From the NCBI GenBank assembly GCA_001804125.1, contig MHFI01000004.1, positions 1-56,125 of the forward strand: DNA of 56,125 bases, in the 5' to 3' direction. Position 1 is the first letter of the stretch; every line of letters begins with the position of its first letter. Positions 9,675 through 18,668 of this stretch are shown here, in pieces. Source of the stretch: Omnitrophica bacterium RIFCSPHIGHO2_02_FULL_51_18. Its GTDB lineage: Bacteria > Omnitrophota > Gorgyraeia > 2-02-FULL-51-18. The notes beneath the pieces were generated by a model, which searched no databases, was not told the DNA's origin, and worked only from the letters and a program-made list of their open reading frames with translations. The position numbers and the translations under genes were made by a program.

Positions 9675-10485
9675 CTCCCCGATAAAGCTTTCCGTGGTCG
9701 TGATCGCCAAAAATGAAGAGAGCCGGATCCGTGAATGCTTGCAAAGCGTTGCGGATTGGGCAGACGAGATTATCGTGCTGGATGATTATTCCGCGGATAA
9801 AACCTCGGAGATTGCCAAACAGTTCACGCCCAGGGTTTATCAGCGCGCGATGGACGTAGAAGGCAAGCATAGGAATTACGCCTACGGTCTTGCCAAAAAC
9901 GAGTGGGTGTTGAGCTTGGACGCCGACGAGCGCGCGACACCGGAACTCCGCGGTGAAATCGGCAGTCTCTTAAACAACAATCCTTCGTGTAATGGTTATA
10001 CGATCCCGCGCAGGAACTTTATGGGAAACGTTTGGGTGCGTTACGGGGGGATGTATCCGTCCGCGCAGCTCAAGCTTTTCAGGAAAGACAAATTCAAGTA
10101 CGACGAGCTTGCCGAAGTGCATCCGCAGGCCTACATGCCGGACCCGCGCGGCGCCTTGGAGAGTGACATCCTCCATTACACTTACCGGGATTTTACCGAC
10201 GCCATCTCGAAGCTCGACCGCCAGACGGACCTGGAGGCGAAGAAATGGTTCCGAGAAAACCGGAAAGTCGGCGTGTTTTCCATCTTAAGGAAAATGGTGG
10301 ACCGTTTCTGGCGCGCCTATTTTTCGAAGCAGGGTCGTAAGGACGGTGTGATCGGGCTTTTCTTGGCCGTAAACTCTGGCATGTACCAGTTTCTCTCGTT
10401 CGCCAAATATTGGGAGTTAAAAAAGAATGAAGAGCGACGCTGTCATCCCCGCGAAAGCGGGGATCAACCCAGACCGTCATTCTGA
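9667..10485 (+). CDS. glycosyltransferase family 2 (WaaE/KdtX-like)
   Basis: LSVVVIAKNEESRIRECLQSV, IIVLDDYSADKT and LDADE. The last ~15 codons are read from a repeat element. Confidence 0.8.
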   Translation: MPDSPIKLSVVVIAKNEESRIRECLQSVADWADEIIVLDDYSADKTSEIAKQFTPRVYQRAMDVEGKHRNYAYGLAKNEWVLSLDADERATPELRGEIGSLLNNNPSCNGYTIPRRNFMGNVWVRYGGMYPSAQLKLFRKDKFKYDELAEVHPQAYMPDPRGALESDILHYTYRDFTDAISKLDRQTDLEAKKWFRENRKVGVFSILRKMVDRFWRAYFSKQGRKDGVIGLFLAVNSGMYQFLSFAKYWELKKNEERRCHPRESGDQPRPSF

Positions 10486-10583
10486 GTCCAGTCGAATGAC
10501 GGGACGAAGAATCTCAAAAACAAGATCCTTCGCCACTTCGTTCCTCAGGATGACGGATGATTCCCGCGTGCGCGGGAATGACA
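10441..10583. repeat. composite palindromic element: sub-family C termini enclosing a sub-family D copy (10475-10555)
   Basis: The left end TGTCATCCCCGCG-aaa-GCGGGGAT and the right end TCCCGCG-tg-CGCGGGAATGACA are inverted repeats of each other. The inner unit is CGTCATTCTGAG...CGAAGAATCTCAAAAACAAGATCCTTCG...CTCAGGATGACG. Confidence 0.85.
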
Positions 10584-11410
10584 AACAGAAACGAGAAACA
10601 GTCGCTGCCGTGATCATGACCAAAAACTGCGCCCAACTGGTACAAGGCACGCTCGAAAGCGTCAAAGACTGGGTCGACGAGATCGTCGTGATAGACGGTT
10701 TTAGCAGTGACAACACCGTCGAAGTTTGCCGCCGGTACACGGACAAAGTGTTCCAGAACCGGTGGGACGGTTACCGGTTTTGCACCGAGCGCAATCTCGG
10801 CACCCGGAAGGCGGCTTCGGATTGGTGCCTACACATTGATCCTGACGAGCGCGCAACGCCCGAATTCAGGGACGCGGTGCTTAAGATTTTGAAACAGGGC
10901 ACTTCGTACGACGCGTTTGAATTCAGGAAGAAAAATTATTTTTTGGGGCGTTTCATGCGGCACGGCGGGTGGTATCACACGAGCCTCCATTTTTTCAGGT
11001 GCGGCCAAGCCGTCTATGAGGGTGTGATTCATGAAAACCTGAAAGTGAACGGGCCGATCGGGAGAATAGAGGCGGCGATCGAGCATTTTCCTTTTACGTC
11101 GATCCGGCAGTTTGTGGCCAGGCACAACGGTTATTCGAAGCGTGAGGCGCTGGAGCAGCGCGAAACCAAAGGCATTTTGCCTGAAAAAGAAGTCCTCTTT
11201 AACCTGAAAAAAAAGCCGCTCAAACGGTTTGTAAAATTCTATATTCGTAAGCGCGGTTTTTTAGACGGCATGCACGGGTTTGTGTTTTCAGTTTTGTTTG
11301 CGTGGGTGCATTTTATCAATTGGGCAAAATACTGGGAGCTGACACAGGAGGACCGTCATCTCGAGCCCGACATATTTCTGTCGGGCGAGAGATCTCATCA
11401 CACGACTTGA
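10550..11410 (+). CDS. glycosyltransferase family 2 (paralog of preceding gene)
   Basis: VAAVIMTKNCAQLVQGTLESV, IVVIDGFSSDNT and IDPDE. The ORF track start 10427 is repeat-derived. The first non-repeat in-frame ATG at 10550 is used, so the start is uncertain. The C-terminus also runs into a repeat. Confidence 0.7.
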   Translation: MTDDSRVRGNDKQKRETVAAVIMTKNCAQLVQGTLESVKDWVDEIVVIDGFSSDNTVEVCRRYTDKVFQNRWDGYRFCTERNLGTRKAASDWCLHIDPDERATPEFRDAVLKILKQGTSYDAFEFRKKNYFLGRFMRHGGWYHTSLHFFRCGQAVYEGVIHENLKVNGPIGRIEAAIEHFPFTSIRQFVARHNGYSKREALEQRETKGILPEKEVLFNLKKKPLKRFVKFYIRKRGFLDGMHGFVFSVLFAWVHFINWAKYWELTQEDRHLEPDIFLSGERSHHTT

Positions 11411-11439
11411 TGAGATTTCTCGCTTCGCTCGAAATGACA
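11354..11439. repeat. palindromic element, sub-family A (inverted orientation)
   Basis: CGTCATCTCGAG-CCCGACAtatttcTGTCGGG-CGAGAGATCTCAT...ATGAGATTTCTCG-cttcg-CTCGAAATGACA. Confidence 0.9.
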
Positions 11440-11450
11440 AGAAAGTCACG

Positions 11451-12482
11451 ATGAACATACTTCTCGTAAAGCTTGGCGCGCTGGGAGACGTCTTAAGGAC
11501 CACGCCGCTTCTTACGTCACTGAAGCATAAATATCCCACCAACCGCATTACTTGGGTCGTTGACGCTTCTTGTGAAGAGGTGCTAAAAGGTAATCCCGCG
11601 ATCGACGAGCTCCTAACCTATTCCAAAAAAAATCTTCAAGAACTCTCAAAAAAAAGTTTCGACTTGTTGATCAATTTGGACAAGGAGCCCGAAGCGCTGG
11701 AAGTGACGGCGCGGGTACCTGCCTTAAAAAAAATGGGTTTCGGTCTGACTCGCGAAGGTGTTTTGGGGGCGCTCGATGATTTGAGCGATTACGCGTATCG
11801 TTTAGGGATCGACGATGATCTTAAATTTCGGAAGAATAAAAAGACTTATCAGGAAATCAGCTTCGAACAGGCGGGGCTTAAATTCGAAGGTGAGGAGTAT
11901 CTATTTTCGCTCGACGCGGTGTCCGTCTCTTATGCCGAAAACGCGCTGGCGCGCCTGGGCGTAGACTTTAAAAAAGCGCGCCGGCCCGTCGTGGGCCTGA
12001 ACACCGGCAGCGGCACACGTTTTGCCGGAAAGAAGCTTCCGGTTTCAACGTATGTGGATCTGGTTCGTAAGTTCTATGAGGAGCTTGGGGCGACCGTATT
12101 TTTGCTGGGTGGAGCGGATGAGGTTGATCAAAACCTCCGGATACAGCGTTTGTCACCGTGTCCTGTCGTGAATACGGGCAGCCACGCGATCCGGCAGTTC
12201 GCGGCGATGGTGAAGCGCTGCGACGTGATTGTCTCGGGCGACACGACGGCGATGCATATCGCGATTGCGGTGAAAGTGCCCGTGATCGTTCACTTTGGCT
12301 CCACCTGCCCCGCGGAGATAGAGCTTTATGGCCGGGGGGAAAAAATAGTGTCGCCGATCGAATGCGCGCCTTGTTATAAGCGCGTTTGCCCGATTGATGA
12401 GCAATGCATGAAAGATATGAGCGTTGAGGAGATTTTAAAGTCGGCTCGGGAATTGTTGGCGGGTGTGCGGGTTTGCGAGTGA
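11451..12482 (+). CDS. glycosyltransferase family 9 (LPS heptosyltransferase-like) 3
   Basis: MNILLVKLGALGDVLRTTP, NTGSGTRFAGKKLP and SGDTTAMHIAIAVKVPVIV. Confidence 0.8.
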   Translation: MNILLVKLGALGDVLRTTPLLTSLKHKYPTNRITWVVDASCEEVLKGNPAIDELLTYSKKNLQELSKKSFDLLINLDKEPEALEVTARVPALKKMGFGLTREGVLGALDDLSDYAYRLGIDDDLKFRKNKKTYQEISFEQAGLKFEGEEYLFSLDAVSVSYAENALARLGVDFKKARRPVVGLNTGSGTRFAGKKLPVSTYVDLVRKFYEELGATVFLLGGADEVDQNLRIQRLSPCPVVNTGSHAIRQFAAMVKRCDVIVSGDTTAMHIAIAVKVPVIVHFGSTCPAEIELYGRGEKIVSPIECAPCYKRVCPIDEQCMKDMSVEEILKSARELLAGVRVCE

Positions 12483-12489
12483 TCGAATT

Positions 12490-13047
12490 ATGGAAAAAAT
12501 AATCTTTCTGGATAGGGACGGGGTGATCAACGAATTCCCGGGCCGCGGGGAATATGTGACGCGGTGGGAGGATTTTCATCTTTTGCCGAGCGCCAAGAAA
12601 GCGATAGCGCTATTGACGGCGTCTGGTTTTGAGATGAATGTAATATCAAACCAGGGGTGCGTTTCGGGAGGCCTTCTGACGCTCCAAGAACTCGAGACCA
12701 TCACCTCCAAAATGTTGAAAGGGGTGGAATCCGCCGGCGGCCGCATCCACGGCGTTTTTTACTGTATCCATAAAACGGCGGATCGGTGCAAATGCAAAAA
12801 GCCCCAGACCGCCCTGTTTCACCAGGCCGCGCGCGGCCGCGACATTGATTTTTCAAGCGCTTATTTCATAGGTGATTCGGAGGAGGACATGCAGGCGGGA
12901 GAGAATATAGGCTGCCGTACGGTCCTTGTTTTATCCGGCAGGGCACAGGAAGAAGACTTAAGCCGCTTTTTAGTCAAGCCTCAGATTGTAAAAAAAGACC
13001 TTTTGGATGCCGCTCAATGGATACTAGAAGTCAAAAAAAAATCCTGA
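12490..13047 (+). CDS. gmhB: D-glycero-D-manno-heptose 1,7-bisphosphate phosphatase (HAD-IIIA)
   Basis: MEKIIFLDRDGVIN (DxD motif), SNQ, CKCKKP zinc-type insert, and GDSEEDMQAG. Confidence 0.8.
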   Translation: MEKIIFLDRDGVINEFPGRGEYVTRWEDFHLLPSAKKAIALLTASGFEMNVISNQGCVSGGLLTLQELETITSKMLKGVESAGGRIHGVFYCIHKTADRCKCKKPQTALFHQAARGRDIDFSSAYFIGDSEEDMQAGENIGCRTVLVLSGRAQEEDLSRFLVKPQIVKKDLLDAAQWILEVKKKS

Positions 13048-14150
13048 TCCTTTACGCGTCGGCCGGGCACGGCCATGAGAAGGCCGCCCGCGCTATTTTT
13101 GAGGCTTTCCAGGACTCCGGATCCGGGCACGAGGTCAAAATTCTGGACGCGCTGTCGCTGACACTTCCTCTAGTCGGACGATTTTACCGCTGGGTTTATT
13201 TCACTCAGATAAAGTATGCTCCATGGCTTTGGGGATTTTCTTATTATTCGACGGATTGTCGATGGGTTTATTTTTTTATCCGGTATGCCCGGCGAGCGGT
13301 GAACCAAGTTCTGGGGAGCCCGCTTCACGCGTTCCTTGAAAAAGAAAATCCGGACGTGATTGTCACGACGCATTTTCTCTCGACGGAGATCGCGAGCTTT
13401 TTGAAAGGCCGAAAAAAAATCACCTCCAAACTCGTCACCGTTGTCACGGATTATCTGCCTCACTATGTCTGGACGGCGCCCGCTGTGGATTTTTACGCGG
13501 TCGCGGTCGAAGACACAAAAAAGGGGCTCGTGGATCGCGGGGTTCCGGAAAACAGGATTCGCGTCACCGGCATTCCGATTGAGAAGAAATTCTTGGAAAG
13601 TTCTCCCCGCAAAGAGCTCTTGGCAAAGTTGGGTTTAGAGGACGACCGGTTTACGGTGTTGATCACGGGCGGCGGCGCCGGTATCGGCGGTGTCGAGGAG
13701 ATGGCCGAGAGACTTTCCAAATTGAGAGTATCCTTACAAATTCTTTTGGTATGTGGCACAAACCGAGCGCTTTATGAACGCATGAGCGTTTTTTCCAAGA
13801 CGTCGCCTTTCGTTCGGGCGCTTTCTTTCGTAAACAATATGCAGGAACTCATGGAAGTGTCCGATGTGGTGATCGGCAAGGGCGGAGGGCTTACCGTCAC
13901 GGAGAGTTTCGCGAAGGGCAAGCCGCTTATTCTTTTTCGTTCCGTCCTGGGGCAGGAGCGGCGCAATGACCGTGTCGTGGAGCGTTATGGGGCCGGTTTT
14001 GCGACAAACTCCGTGGAAGAAGTGGTCAAGAAAGTGTCCGAGATTGCCCAAAACCCGGAACTTCGAGCCCAAATGGCGGAAAATGTGAAACGTCTTTCGA
14101 AGCCAAAAGCCGCGGAAGCTATTTTAAGGATTGTTCGCGATGAGCGCTAG
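13017..14150 (+). CDS. MGDG-synthase-like / GT28 diacylglycerol glycosyltransferase
   Basis: KKILILYASAGHGHEKAARAI N-terminus and the C-terminal GKGGGLTVTESFAKGKPLILF. Confidence 0.7.
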   Translation: MDTRSQKKILILYASAGHGHEKAARAIFEAFQDSGSGHEVKILDALSLTLPLVGRFYRWVYFTQIKYAPWLWGFSYYSTDCRWVYFFIRYARRAVNQVLGSPLHAFLEKENPDVIVTTHFLSTEIASFLKGRKKITSKLVTVVTDYLPHYVWTAPAVDFYAVAVEDTKKGLVDRGVPENRIRVTGIPIEKKFLESSPRKELLAKLGLEDDRFTVLITGGGAGIGGVEEMAERLSKLRVSLQILLVCGTNRALYERMSVFSKTSPFVRALSFVNNMQELMEVSDVVIGKGGGLTVTESFAKGKPLILFRSVLGQERRNDRVVERYGAGFATNSVEEVVKKVSEIAQNPELRAQMAENVKRLSKPKAAEAILRIVRDER

Positions 14151-14811
14151 CGGGCAAGAGCTGATTCAGGCGCTTCGGCAGTTTCTTGAAACCGAGCGAT
14201 CGTTCGGGATCACGGAAATTCCGTGCCCCTCCGTAAAACCGGCCGTTTTTTCCAGCTCGAAAAAAGAAGCGCTTTTGGCTCTCGAGAAAGAATTTAAAAA
14301 CTGCATGCTTTGCGCGCTTTCTGGAACGCGCACGCGTCTTGTTTTTGGAAGCGGCAGCCCCGATGCGGAGCTTATGTTTGTCGGAGAGGCTCCGGGGTAC
14401 GAAGAAGACCTCGAAGGGCTTCCGTTTGTGGGGGCCGCCGGACAGCTTCTGACTAAGATCATTCAGGCGATGAAATTAAAGCGCGAGGAGGTGTATATCG
14501 CCAATTGTCTGAAGTGCCGTCCACCCAATAACCGCGGCCCTCTTCCCACGGAGATCGTGACCTGTAAGCCGATTCTTCTGAGACAAATCGAGATTATTCA
14601 GCCTAAAGTGGTCTGCGCGCTCGGGAAATTCGCCGCGCAGACGCTCTTGCAGACGGAAACGCCTATCAGCCGCTTGCGCGGCCGTTTTCATGAATGGAAC
14701 GGCCTTAAAGTCATGCCCACGTTTCACCCGGCCTATCTTTTGCGGAATCCCGCCGATAAGAAGCTCGTTTGGGAGGATGCCCAGCAAATCATGAAAGAAC
14801 TCGGTATTTAA
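14140..14811 (+). CDS. uracil-DNA glycosylase family 4
   Basis: [30 protein letters not shown] and HPAYLLRNP. The ATG at 14140 overlaps the upstream end. Confidence 0.85.
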   Translation: MSASGQELIQALRQFLETERSFGITEIPCPSVKPAVFSSSKKEALLALEKEFKNCMLCALSGTRTRLVFGSGSPDAELMFVGEAPGYEEDLEGLPFVGAAGQLLTKIIQAMKLKREEVYIANCLKCRPPNNRGPLPTEIVTCKPILLRQIEIIQPKVVCALGKFAAQTLLQTETPISRLRGRFHEWNGLKVMPTFHPAYLLRNPADKKLVWEDAQQIMKELGI

Positions 14812-14814
14812 AAA

Positions 14815-14898
14815 TGTCATTTCGAGTGAAGCGAGAAATCTCATCGAGTTGCGTGATGAGATCTCTCGTCCCGTCATTCAACGGGACTCGAGATGACA
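14815..14898. repeat. palindromic element, sub-family A
   Basis: TGTCATTTCGAG-tgaag-CGAGAAATCTCAT...ATGAGATCTCTCG-TCCCGTcattcaACGGGA-CTCGAGATGACA. Confidence 0.9.
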
Positions 14899-14914
14899 CT
14901 TTTTTGAAATAGAT

Positions 14915-16909
14915 ATGTCCCTCCTGTTTGTGGATGTGGCCCTAGCGCTTCCCACACTCAATTTATTTCAATATTCGGTTCCCGAAGCCTTGCGGGAAAA
15001 AATTGAAACAGGCAGGCGTGTCTACGTTTCGGTCCGCACGCGGCGCATGGTGGGGACTATCGTCGGCGTTTCTTCCGAGAAGGCATTCGAGGAAATAAGA
15101 GATATCGATTCGGTGATTGATGAGACTCCGGTTCTGGACCGTGAGATTCTCGAGCTTACGCGGTGGATGTCGGACACCTATCTCTGCTCCTGGGGACAGG
15201 CGATAGAAGCGGCGCTGCCGGCGCCCTTTAAGCGGGGCAAATTTTTAATGAAAAGCCGCGGCAAAAAACTCGGCGACGGGGTGGAGATCGTGAATCCCGA
15301 GGAGTTGAGACTAACCGCTCATCAGGAGGAGGCTTTTGGGAAAATTCTCCACAAGGTGAACTCCGGAGAAGCGGGTACTTTTCTGATCCATGGCATCACC
15401 GGGAGCGGAAAAACGGAAGTTTATATGCATCTTATCCGAGAGATGCTGGCGCGCGGGAAAGGAAGCATTGTGCTGGTTCCGGAAATCTCGCTGACTCCCC
15501 AGACCGTGGAACGCTTCTACTCCAGGTTTGGGGACTGCCTGGCCGTGATTCACAGCCGCTTGACGCAGGCGCGGCGCGTCGAAGAATGGCACCGGATCCG
15601 CAAGGGCCAGGCGAAAGTTATTGTCGGCGCGCGCTCGGCTGTCTTTAGCCCCGTCAGAAATCTCGGTCTCATCGTGATGGATGAAGAACATGACACGTCC
15701 TATAAACAAGAGGAGACGCCGCGGTACCAGACGCGGGAAGTTGCGGCAAAGCGTGCTCACTTCGAGCGGGCGGTGCTTGTTTTGGGAAGCGCCACGCCGT
15801 CGCTTGAATCTTTTTTTCTGTCGGAGAGAGGGCAAATGGAGCGGTTGAGTTTGCCCGAGCGTATCGAACGAAGGCCGCTTCCGGATGTTGAGATCGTGGA
15901 CATGCGCCGCCGAGAGCCGGGGAAGGGAGAGAAAATATTCTCAAATGTGCTCGAACAAAATATCAAAGTGAGCCTCTCCAAAAAAGAACAGGTAATGCTG
16001 TTACTCAACCGGCGTGGGTTTGCGACTTATCTTCACTGCTCGTCCTGCGGATATGTGATGAGCTGCGAGAACTGCCGGATCAGTCTCGCGTATCATTTTG
16101 ACAAAGGATCGCTCTTTTGCCACGTTTGCCACACCCGTCTGCCGCCCGAGAGACTCTGCCCGGGGTGCCGGAAGAATTACCTGCACTACTTCGGAATAGG
16201 TACGCAAAAGGTGGAGAGTGAGCTTAAGCGTTTGTTTCCGGAGGCGCGCGTCGGACGCATGGATTCGGACAGCACTTCACGAAAAGACGCGCACGAAATA
16301 ATCTTGCGCGCGTTTAAAAGAAAAGAGATTGATATTTTAGTCGGCACGCAGATGATTGCGAAGGGCCACGATTTTCCGAATGTGTCCCTGATCGGCGTGA
16401 TCTCGGCGGATACCGCGCTCCACATCCCTGACTTCAGGGCTGCGGAGAGAACATTCGATCTCCTGACTCAAGTCGCCGGCCGCGCCGGCCGCGGTGACAT
16501 TCCCGGCAAGGTGATTGTCCAGACGTACGTGCCGCATCACTACGCGATACAAAGCGCCAAGGACCATGATTACCTTGAGTTTTATGAGAAGGAAATTGCG
16601 CTCCGAAAAGAAGTCGGGATGCCTCCTTTCACGCATCTTGTGAAAATCGTGGTGAGCGGCCTGAGTGAAAAGGAAGTCCTGCGGCAGATCCTCGCTTTTT
16701 CTAAGTTTCTGGAGCCGAAACTGGCCGGCACCCCGATCAAGACCCTGGGTCCGGCGCCCTGCCTGGTTTCAAAGGAAAAGGGGCAGTTCAGGTGGAACCT
16801 GTATCTCAAGGGGCCGTCGGTGGAAATCATTAATCCGGTGCTGCGCGCGGCCATTCAGGAGTTTAAGAAAATAAAGGTCAGTTTTACGGTGGATGTAGAC
16901 CCTCAATAA
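14915..16909 (+). CDS. priA: primosomal protein N' (replication restart helicase)
   Basis: Walker A GITGSGKTEVY, DEEHD, and a Cys-rich zinc region CSSCGYVMSCENCRISL...CHVCH...CPGC. Confidence 0.92.
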   Translation: MSLLFVDVALALPTLNLFQYSVPEALREKIETGRRVYVSVRTRRMVGTIVGVSSEKAFEEIRDIDSVIDETPVLDREILELTRWMSDTYLCSWGQAIEAALPAPFKRGKFLMKSRGKKLGDGVEIVNPEELRLTAHQEEAFGKILHKVNSGEAGTFLIHGITGSGKTEVYMHLIREMLARGKGSIVLVPEISLTPQTVERFYSRFGDCLAVIHSRLTQARRVEEWHRIRKGQAKVIVGARSAVFSPVRNLGLIVMDEEHDTSYKQEETPRYQTREVAAKRAHFERAVLVLGSATPSLESFFLSERGQMERLSLPERIERRPLPDVEIVDMRRREPGKGEKIFSNVLEQNIKVSLSKKEQVMLLLNRRGFATYLHCSSCGYVMSCENCRISLAYHFDKGSLFCHVCHTRLPPERLCPGCRKNYLHYFGIGTQKVESELKRLFPEARVGRMDSDSTSRKDAHEIILRAFKRKEIDILVGTQMIAKGHDFPNVSLIGVISADTALHIPDFRAAERTFDLLTQVAGRAGRGDIPGKVIVQTYVPHHYAIQSAKDHDYLEFYEKEIALRKEVGMPPFTHLVKIVVSGLSEKEVLRQILAFSKFLEPKLAGTPIKTLGPAPCLVSKEKGQFRWNLYLKGPSVEIINPVLRAAIQEFKKIKVSFTVDVDPQ

Positions 16910-16938
16910 AGGAGATGTTAGAATAACGCAATTTGAAG

Positions 16939-17116
16939 TGTCATTGCGAGCCCCGACGTATTCGGAGGAGCGTGGCAATCTCTGCATTGTCATTTCGAGC
17001 GAAGCGAGAAATCTCAACAAATCGTGTTATGAGATCTCTCGCCCGACAGAAATATGTCGGGCTCGAGATGACGTTAGAAATGAGATTGCTTCGTCGCTTT
17101 GCTCCTCGCAATGACA
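16939..17116. repeat. sub-family B element (GTCATTGCGAG...CTCGCAATGAC) interrupted by a sub-family A copy (16988-17072)
   Basis: The outer arms are TGTCATTGCGAG / CTCGCAATGACA, with GCAATCTC / GAGATTGC sub-arms. A complete A unit, TGTCATTTCGAG...CTCGAGATGAC, sits between the sub-arms. Confidence 0.85.
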
Positions 17117-17128
17117 GAGGAGATTTGA

Positions 17129-17635
17129 ATGGCTATTTTGCCTGTCGTAAAATTTCCCCATAAGGTTTTAAAGACAAAAACGGCTGAGGTTGTTTCGATC
17201 ACGGCCGAGGAGAAAAAACTCGTGCGCGATATGATTGATACGATGTACGCCGAAAAAGGGGTGGGGTTGGCCGCAAACCAGGTGGGCGTCTCGAAGCGGA
17301 TTTTTGTCGCCAGCGCCGACCATGTCCGAGGCGGGGAGCTTGTGTTTTTTAATCCAAGGATCACGAAGAAGCAGGGCCGGATCAAGGAATTCGAGGGCTG
17401 CCTCAGCGTTCCGGAATTTTATGAACCGGTCAGGCGTTTTAAGCGCGTGTGGCTCCGCGCGATGACGCTGGAAGGCAGGGTCGTGGAAGTGAAGGCCGAA
17501 GGGCTCCTGGCGCGCATTTTTCAGCATGAGGTGGACCACCTGAACGGGTTTCTTTTTATCGACCGGTTGGGCTTCGTGAAAAGCCGCCTCACCCGCAAGA
17601 AACTTTCCAAGAGGTTATCCCGCAAAAAAACATGA
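17129..17635 (+). CDS. def: peptide deformylase
   Basis: GVGLAANQVG, EGCLSVP and QHEVDHLNG. Confidence 0.95.
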   Translation: MAILPVVKFPHKVLKTKTAEVVSITAEEKKLVRDMIDTMYAEKGVGLAANQVGVSKRIFVASADHVRGGELVFFNPRITKKQGRIKEFEGCLSVPEFYEPVRRFKRVWLRAMTLEGRVVEVKAEGLLARIFQHEVDHLNGFLFIDRLGFVKSRLTRKKLSKRLSRKKT

Positions 17636-17699
17636 GTCCCGCCCTTTCAGGCAGTTATTTGGCACCTATGACGGAAGAAATGCAGACCGAAAGGGCGGG

Positions 17700-18638
17700 A
17701 TGAGATTAATTTTTTTTGGAACGAGCGCTTTTGGAATTGCATCGCTCGAGGCGCTTAAGGGATCCGCGCATTCGACCGAGCTTCTGGTCACCACTTCCGA
17801 CAAATCCCAGGGAAGAAATCTTAAACCCCGGCCCTCGCCGGTGAAACACTGGGCCCATAACAACCAGTTCCCGTGCCTCGAGGCTTCGGAAATAAGGTCG
17901 AAGGAATTCTTGGAAAAGGTCCGCAGGGTTCAGGCTGACCTTTTTGTGGTGGTTTCTTTCGGGCTTATTTTGCCTAGAGCGTTATTGGAGCTTCCAAAAC
18001 GGATGACGTTAAATGTTCACCCCTCGCTTTTGCCGCGTTATCGGGGTGCCGCGCCGATGCACTGGGCGATCATAAACGGCGACACCCAGACCGGTGTGAC
18101 CGTGATGCGCATGGTGGAGCGATTGGACGCAGGCGATGTGGTGCTTCAGAAAAAGGCCGATATTTTGCCGGGCGACGATATCTTTTCTCTTGAAGAGCGG
18201 CTCGGCCGGCTCGGCAGCCAGACGCTGCTGGAAGCCGTCGGGCAAGTTGAGCGTGACGGCGCAACGTTCGTCCCTCAGGAGGAGTCCTGCGCCAGTTATG
18301 CCAGAAAACTGACCAAGGAAGACGGCCGTATCGACTGGAAAAGGAAGGCACGGGAGATCCGGGACCGCGTACGCGCTATGAAGGAATGGCCAACCTCTTA
18401 CACCTTTTACGGAGGCAAGCGGTTGATCATAGACGGCGTGGGAATCAGCGGCTCCGAGGTGCCCAGAGGCCGCGCTCCGGGCGTCATTTTGGACGCTTCC
18501 CAGGAGAAGGGAATTTGGGTGGCCACCGCGGATTTTCCCGTGGAAATTAAAACTCTCAAGCTTGAGGGGCGAAACCTGCTCTCAGCCGGGGATTTTTTGA
18601 ACGGTTTTCCGCTCCAGACGGGACAATTGTTTGAATAA
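17700..18638 (+). CDS. fmt: methionyl-tRNA formyltransferase
   Basis: HPSLLPRYRGAAPMHWAIINGD, placed downstream of def. Confidence 0.95.
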   Translation: MRLIFFGTSAFGIASLEALKGSAHSTELLVTTSDKSQGRNLKPRPSPVKHWAHNNQFPCLEASEIRSKEFLEKVRRVQADLFVVVSFGLILPRALLELPKRMTLNVHPSLLPRYRGAAPMHWAIINGDTQTGVTVMRMVERLDAGDVVLQKKADILPGDDIFSLEERLGRLGSQTLLEAVGQVERDGATFVPQEESCASYARKLTKEDGRIDWKRKAREIRDRVRAMKEWPTSYTFYGGKRLIIDGVGISGSEVPRGRAPGVILDASQEKGIWVATADFPVEIKTLKLEGRNLLSAGDFLNGFPLQTGQLFE

Positions 18639-18668
18639 ACCATTCCGGATGATATAATCGAGCGATAA

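Noticed and set aside
11968-12579. 203-aa ORF on the - strand.
   Set aside because: It is antisense to the third GT9 gene and gmhB. The Pro/Arg/Ser-rich product is not protein-like.
16933-17163. 76-aa + strand ORF and 83-aa - strand ORF (16769-17020) in the priA-def spacer.
   Set aside because: Both are translated from the nested palindromic elements. The same SFRAKREIS / RSLARQKYVGLEMT peptides recur at other copies.
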